From Chloroflexota bacterium (GTDB lineage Bacteria; Chloroflexota; Limnocylindria; Limnocylindrales; CSP1-4), in the NCBI GenBank assembly GCA_031361415.1, contig JANMCU010000087.1, forward strand, positions 1-32,022: a stretch of DNA of 32,022 nucleotides, written 5' to 3'. The notes under the pieces are model-generated. The model searched no databases. It saw only the letters and a list, made by a program, of their open reading frames with translations, and had not been told where the DNA came from. Within the stretch, counting starts at the first letter, position 1; every line of letters begins with the position of its first letter. The position numbers and the translations under genes are program-made. Positions 27,698 to 32,022 of this stretch are shown piece after piece.

Positions 27698-28771
27698 GTG
27701 ACGACCGTCGACGCGCCGAGCCTGCCCTCGATCCGCCTGACCGAGCTGACCGATTGCGGTGGCTGCGCGGCGAAGCTCGGGGCCGACCTCCTGGCCGACG
27801 CGTTGAGCGGGCTCGGCGCGGGCAGCCCGGAGCCGGCCGAGCTGATCGCCGGCCGCGAGCGGGCCGACGACGCGGCGGCCTACCGGATCAGCGACGAGCT
27901 CGCGATCATCGGCACCCTCGACTTCTTCCCGCCACTCGTCGACGACGCCCGGACCTTCGGCGAGATCGCGGCCGCGAACGCGCTGAGCGACGTGTTCGCG
28001 ATGGGTGGCCGCGTCCTGTTCGCCCTGTCGATCGCGGCATTCCCCGAGGAGCTGCCGCGGGACACCATGGCCGCGATCTTCGACGGCGCGGCCTCGAAGG
28101 TCCGCGAGGCCGGCGGGACGCTGGCCGGCGGCCACACGATCCGCGATGCGGAGCCGAAGTACGGGCTGGCGGTGATCGGCGCCGCCCACCCCGATCGGCT
28201 CCTGCGCAAGGGCGGCGCCCGCCCCGGCGACATCCTCGTCCTGACCAAGCGCCTCGGCACCGGGCTGCTGGTCAGCGGTCATCGCCAGGGCAGGACGAGC
28301 GCGGCCGACCTCGCCGCCGTGATCGACCAGATGCGGACGCTGAACCGGGCGGCTGCAGAGATCCTCGTCGCCCACGGGATCGCGGCCGCGACCGATGTCA
28401 CGGGGTTCGGATTGCTCGGGCACGGCCTCGAGATGGCTCGCGGCTCGAACACCCGGTTCGTCTTCCTCGCCCGGGATCTGCCGGCGCTCGAAGGGGCCGT
28501 CTCGCTCGCCGCCGCGGGGGTCGAGACCGGCAGCGCGGCCCACAATCGCCGCTTCGTGCAGTCCGCCCTGGCCGTCGCCGGCGACGTCCCGATCGAGCTG
28601 GTGACGCTCGCCCACGATCCCCAGACCTCCGGCGGGCTGCTCGCGGCCATCCCGATCGACAAGCTCGAAGTCGTTCGGTCCGGGTTGGACGACGCAGGCG
28701 TCGAGCACTGGGTCATCGGTCGGGTCGAGTCGCTCGAATCCGACGCGGCGCCGGGCGTCGAGCTCGCGTGA
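27698..28771 (+). CDS. selD: Selenophosphate synthetase (Cys form)
   Basis: LTDCGGCAAK, DDAA, DFFPP, ANALSDVFAMGG, GGHT, TDVTGFGLLGH, DPQTSGGLL. Confidence 0.96.
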   Translation: MTTVDAPSLPSIRLTELTDCGGCAAKLGADLLADALSGLGAGSPEPAELIAGRERADDAAAYRISDELAIIGTLDFFPPLVDDARTFGEIAAANALSDVFAMGGRVLFALSIAAFPEELPRDTMAAIFDGAASKVREAGGTLAGGHTIRDAEPKYGLAVIGAAHPDRLLRKGGARPGDILVLTKRLGTGLLVSGHRQGRTSAADLAAVIDQMRTLNRAAAEILVAHGIAAATDVTGFGLLGHGLEMARGSNTRFVFLARDLPALEGAVSLAAAGVETGSAAHNRRFVQSALAVAGDVPIELVTLAHDPQTSGGLLAAIPIDKLEVVRSGLDDAGVEHWVIGRVESLESDAAPGVELA

Positions 28772-29445
28772 TCGTCGCGCTCATCCCGGGCTACGACGAG
28801 GCGCCGCGGATCGGCCCGGTCGTCGAGGCAGCCGTCCGGCACCTGCCGGTCATCGTCGTCGACGACGGTTCGTCGGACGGAACCGCCGAGGTGGCCCGAA
28901 CGGCCGGCGCAACCGTGGTCGAGCAGCGGCCGAACCGGGGCAAGGGCGCAGCGCTCCGGACCGGCTTCCGTCGCGCCATCGATGACGGCGCCGAAGCGAT
29001 CCTGACGCTCGATGCTGACGGCCAGCACGACCCGGACGAGATCCCGGCATTTCTCGCGGCCTGGGACGCCCCCGGCCGCCAGGCGGACCTCGTGATCGGC
29101 CGGCGCAACTTCCGGGCGATGCCGCCGCTCCGACGTCTGTCCAACGTGCTCGGCGGCCGGGCGTTCTCGTGGGCCGTCGGTCGAGACATCCCGGACAACC
29201 AGTCCGGCTACCGGCTCGTCTCGCGCGAGCTCGCGGAGGCGACGCTCGCGAGCGACGAGTCGGGTTTCGCGTTCGAGGTCGAGCAGATCACGACCTGCAT
29301 CCGGATCGGCGGCTCGATCGCATGGGTCCCGATCCGGACGATCTACGCGGGCGCTCCATCGCACATCAAGCCGGTCGCACACCTGCGCGAGTTCATCCGG
29401 ATCGTCCGGGAGGCCCGGCGCGACGTCCGACGGCCACTCGGTTAG
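28768..29445 (+). CDS. Glycosyltransferase family 2 (DPM/DPG-synthase-like)
   Basis: IPGYDE, VVDDGSSDGT, NRGKGAA, LDADGQH, DNQSGYR; GTGA overlap with the selD stop. Confidence 0.9.
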   Translation: MIVALIPGYDEAPRIGPVVEAAVRHLPVIVVDDGSSDGTAEVARTAGATVVEQRPNRGKGAALRTGFRRAIDDGAEAILTLDADGQHDPDEIPAFLAAWDAPGRQADLVIGRRNFRAMPPLRRLSNVLGGRAFSWAVGRDIPDNQSGYRLVSRELAEATLASDESGFAFEVEQITTCIRIGGSIAWVPIRTIYAGAPSHIKPVAHLREFIRIVREARRDVRRPLG

Positions 29446-29624
29446 CGGGCCGAGGCGGTCGGGCTGGCGATGCCCGGAATGGCCACGACCTCGATGACGA
29501 CCCGGTTCGCATATCCGCCAACGACGTAGACGACCACGAGGATCAGCGCCACCAGGCTGAGGGTGATCGCCAGCCCGCTGATCCGCGCCTCGTGGACGCG
29601 TGATCGATCGCGCTGGACGGGCAT
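29442..29624 (-). CDS. Small single-TM hypothetical protein (60 aa)
   Basis: One strong hydrophobic helix; TAGGCT -10 six nt before ATG; stop overlaps the convergent GT2 stop. Confidence 0.55.
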   Translation of the reverse strand: MPVQRDRSRVHEARISGLAITLSLVALILVVVYVVGGYANRVVIEVVAIPGIASPTASAR

Positions 29625-29730
29625 CGGCGGAGCCTATCAGCCAGACCGCATGCTCGAATCCAAGGGTTGCCGCCGGCCGCACCGACCGCGGCGCTACACT
29701 CGCGGGGTCGTCGTTCCGCAGGAGGCGCCC

Positions 29731-31647
29731 GTGCCGAAGAACTACGTTCGACTGACCCAGCCCCTCATCCGCGACTCGAAGGACGCACCCCTGCGCCCGG
29801 CGAGCTGGGACGAGGCCCTCACCCGGGTGGTCGCGGGCTTCCAGGCTGCGAAGACGCAGCACGGACCCACGACCTTCGGGGTCTTCTCGTGCTCGAAGGC
29901 GACCAACGAGGTCAACTTCGCGGCCCAGAAGTTCAGCCGGACCGTGCTGGGCAGCAACAACATCGACAGCTGCAACCGGACCTGACACGCCCCGAGCGTC
30001 GCCGGTCTGGCGACCGTGTTCGGTGCCGGTGGCGGCACAAATTCATACCGTGAGGTCGAAGAGACCGACCTGATCGTCCTGTGGGGCAGCAACGCCCGCG
30101 AGACGCATCCGATCTTCTTCCACCACCTCCTGCGCGGCGTCCGCAACGGCGCCCGGCTGTACACGGTCGACCCGCGCCGGACGAGCAGCGCCGAGTGGGC
30201 GGACACGTGGCTCGGGATCGACGTCGGCTCGGACATCGCCCTGGCCAATGCGATCGGCCGCGAGATCATCGCCGCCGGGCTCGAGGACAAGGCGTTCATC
30301 GAGCGCGCCACCAGCGACTACGACGCGTACAAGGCCAAGGTCGAGACCTACACCCTCGACTACGCAGAGCGTGAGACCGGCGTCCCGGCCGAGGCGATCC
30401 GCGAGATGGCCCATGCGTTCGCGACGGCCGACAAGGCGATGATCTGCTGGACCCTCGGGATCACCGAGCACCACAATGCCGTCGACAATGTCCTCGCCCT
30501 GATCGATCTCGTCCTCCTGACCGGGCACGTCGGGCGCTGGGGCAGCGGCGTCAATCCGCTGCGCGGCCAGAACAACGTCCAGGGCGGTGGCGACATGGGC
30601 GCCCTGCCCGATCGGCTGCCGGGCTTCCAGCATGTCGAGAACGACGAGCTCCGGGCGAAGTTCGACGCCCGGTGGGGCGTGACCGTCCCGCCGAAGCGCG
30701 GCTGGCACCTGTCGGGCATGTTCGACGCGATGGAGCGCGGCGAGCTCCAGGCGATCTACGTGATCGGCGAGAACCCGGTCCAGTCCGAGGCCGACCAGAA
30801 GCGGGCGAAGCATCTCCTCTCGACTCGTGACTTCATGGTCGTCCAGGACATCTTCCTGACCGCGACCGCCGAGCTCGCCGACGTCGTCCTGCCCGCCGCC
30901 GCCTCGTGGGCCGAGAGCGAGGGCACGGTCACCAACTCCGAGCGACGCGTCCAGCGCGTCCGCAAGGCGCTCGACCCGCCGGGCGAGGCCCGCGACGACC
31001 TCTGGATCATCGAGGAGATCGCATCGCGAATGGGCGCCGACTGGGGCTGGGAGACCGCGGAGGACGCCTGGAACGAGGTCCGCGCGCTGTCGCCGGTCCA
31101 CGCCGGGATGTCGTACGCCCGGCTCGAGGAGCTCGGCGGGCTCCAGTGGCCGTGCTACGACGAGCACCATCCCGGCGAGCTGTTCCTCCACAGCCGCCTG
31201 TGGGAGGACCCGGTGCCCGGCAACCGGGTGCCGTTCGTCGCGGTCGACCACGACCCGCCGGTCGACAAGCTGTCCGACGACTATCCGATCCGGCTGACGA
31301 CCGGCCGCCGTCTGGACTCGTACAACACGGGCGTCCAGACCGGCGGGTACACTTCCCCGCTTCGGCGCGGAGAGTCGCTCGACATCTCGCCGGAGGACGC
31401 GACGGCATTCGGCCTGGCGGACGGCGAGCGGGTCCGGGTCGTGTCGCGCCGCGGCCAGGTCGAGGCGCCGATCCGGATCGATGAGTCGCTCCGGCCCGGG
31501 CTGACGTTCATGACTCTCCACTTCCAGGATGATGTCGCAACGAACCTCCTGACGATCGACGCCACGGATCCGAAGTCCGGCACCGCGGAGTTCAAGGCGA
31601 CCGCGATCCGGATCGAGAAGCTCGAGGCGCCGGTCACCGTCGGCTGA
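29731..31647 (+). CDS. Selenocysteine-containing formate dehydrogenase alpha-like molybdopterin oxidoreductase (638 aa, Sec85)
   Basis: ORFs 29563-29985 and 30016-31647 are in frame, joined through TGA 29983-29985: SNNIDSCNRT-U-HAPSVAGL; PLRGQNNVQG, ADVVLP, EGTVTNSERR, molydop-binding C-terminus; GGAGG RBS before GTG 29731. Confidence 0.93.
29986..30025 (+). promoter_or_regulatory. Bacterial SECIS element
   Basis: Directly after the UGA: lower stem CCGAGC/GTTCGG, upper stem GTCGCC/GGCGAC, apical loop GGTCT resembling the E. coli fdhF GGUC loop. Confidence 0.8.
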
Positions 31648-31678
31648 GCCGGCGGCCCGTCGGTCGTAGACTCCGTCG

Positions 31679-32022
31679 ATGAGCATTCCGGCCCGCCTGA
31701 ACATCGTCACGATCGGCGTCGCCGACATCGCCCGCTCGGTTCGCTTCTACCAGGCGCTCGGCTGGGAGCGCTGCGCAACGTCGATGGATGCGATCGCCTG
31801 GTTCCGGACGGCGGACAGCTATCTCGGGATCTTCGGCTGGCAGGACCTCGCCGACGACGCGAACCTCGTCGAGCCGACCCGCGGGTCGTTCGGCGGGATC
31901 ACCCTCGCGATCAACATCGAGTCGCGCGCGGCGGTGGTCGCCGCGCACGACGACGCCGGCGCCCCGGGCGGCACGAACCTGAAACCCCGCAACGGGGGGC
32001 CGGTGGGCGACCGTGGGTACTT
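31679..32022 (+). CDS. VOC/glyoxalase family protein (3' partial)
   Basis: MSIPARLNIVTIGVADIARSVRFYQALGW...FGGITLAINIES; runs off the window end; absent from the ORF track. Confidence 0.85.
   Translation, partial: MSIPARLNIVTIGVADIARSVRFYQALGWERCATSMDAIAWFRTADSYLGIFGWQDLADDANLVEPTRGSFGGITLAINIESRAAVVAAHDDAGAPGGTNLKPRNGGPVGDRGY

Noticed and set aside
27698-27780. SelD itself as a selenoprotein
   Set aside because: The active-site codon is TGC (Cys); there is no in-frame TGA.
99-31982. Many long overlapping ORFs in the track (e.g. 99-1619, 11993-14545, 21695-24415, 24256-26463, 30043-31728)
   Set aside because: Arg/Pro/Gly-rich shadow or antisense frames of real genes, expected in high-GC DNA; no motifs.
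31930-32022. Odd C-terminal residues of the VOC protein
   Set aside because: The drift from the family pattern in the last 90 or so bases looks like low-quality sequence at a contig end rather than biology.

Overview
High-GC, gene-dense bacterial chromosomal window. Gene content suggests Chloroflexota/Actinomycetota; this is inference only. The left and centre carry mostly ordinary genes: GNAT, CDF transporter, a NarL-type two-component system divergent from an ABC exporter, GT87, a lipoprotein, a frameshifted Tat-type intradiol dioxygenase, two MFS transporters, a Rieske protein, a stand-alone Pnkp-like kinase, YciI, EamA, an Mre11/SMC-like (YhaO/YhaN-type) pair, a zinc-ribbon protein, an S51 peptidase, a methyltransferase, an MBL hydrolase and an amidohydrolase. 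The right third is a compact selenocysteine locus: selC(tRNA-Sec)-selA-selB-mobA, divergent from selD and a translationally coupled GT2 glycosyltransferase. It is followed by a formate-dehydrogenase-like selenoprotein that the ORF track splits at its in-frame UGA; it has a SECIS hairpin but no N-terminal Fe-S motif. Non-obvious signals: two copies of a 104-bp dyad element with TGAGTC-N7-GACTCA palindromes exactly 85 bp apart, a second 120-bp inverted-repeat element, an 8-bp microsatellite, and widespread leaderless-type promoters. All calls come from motif reading by eye; no searches were run.
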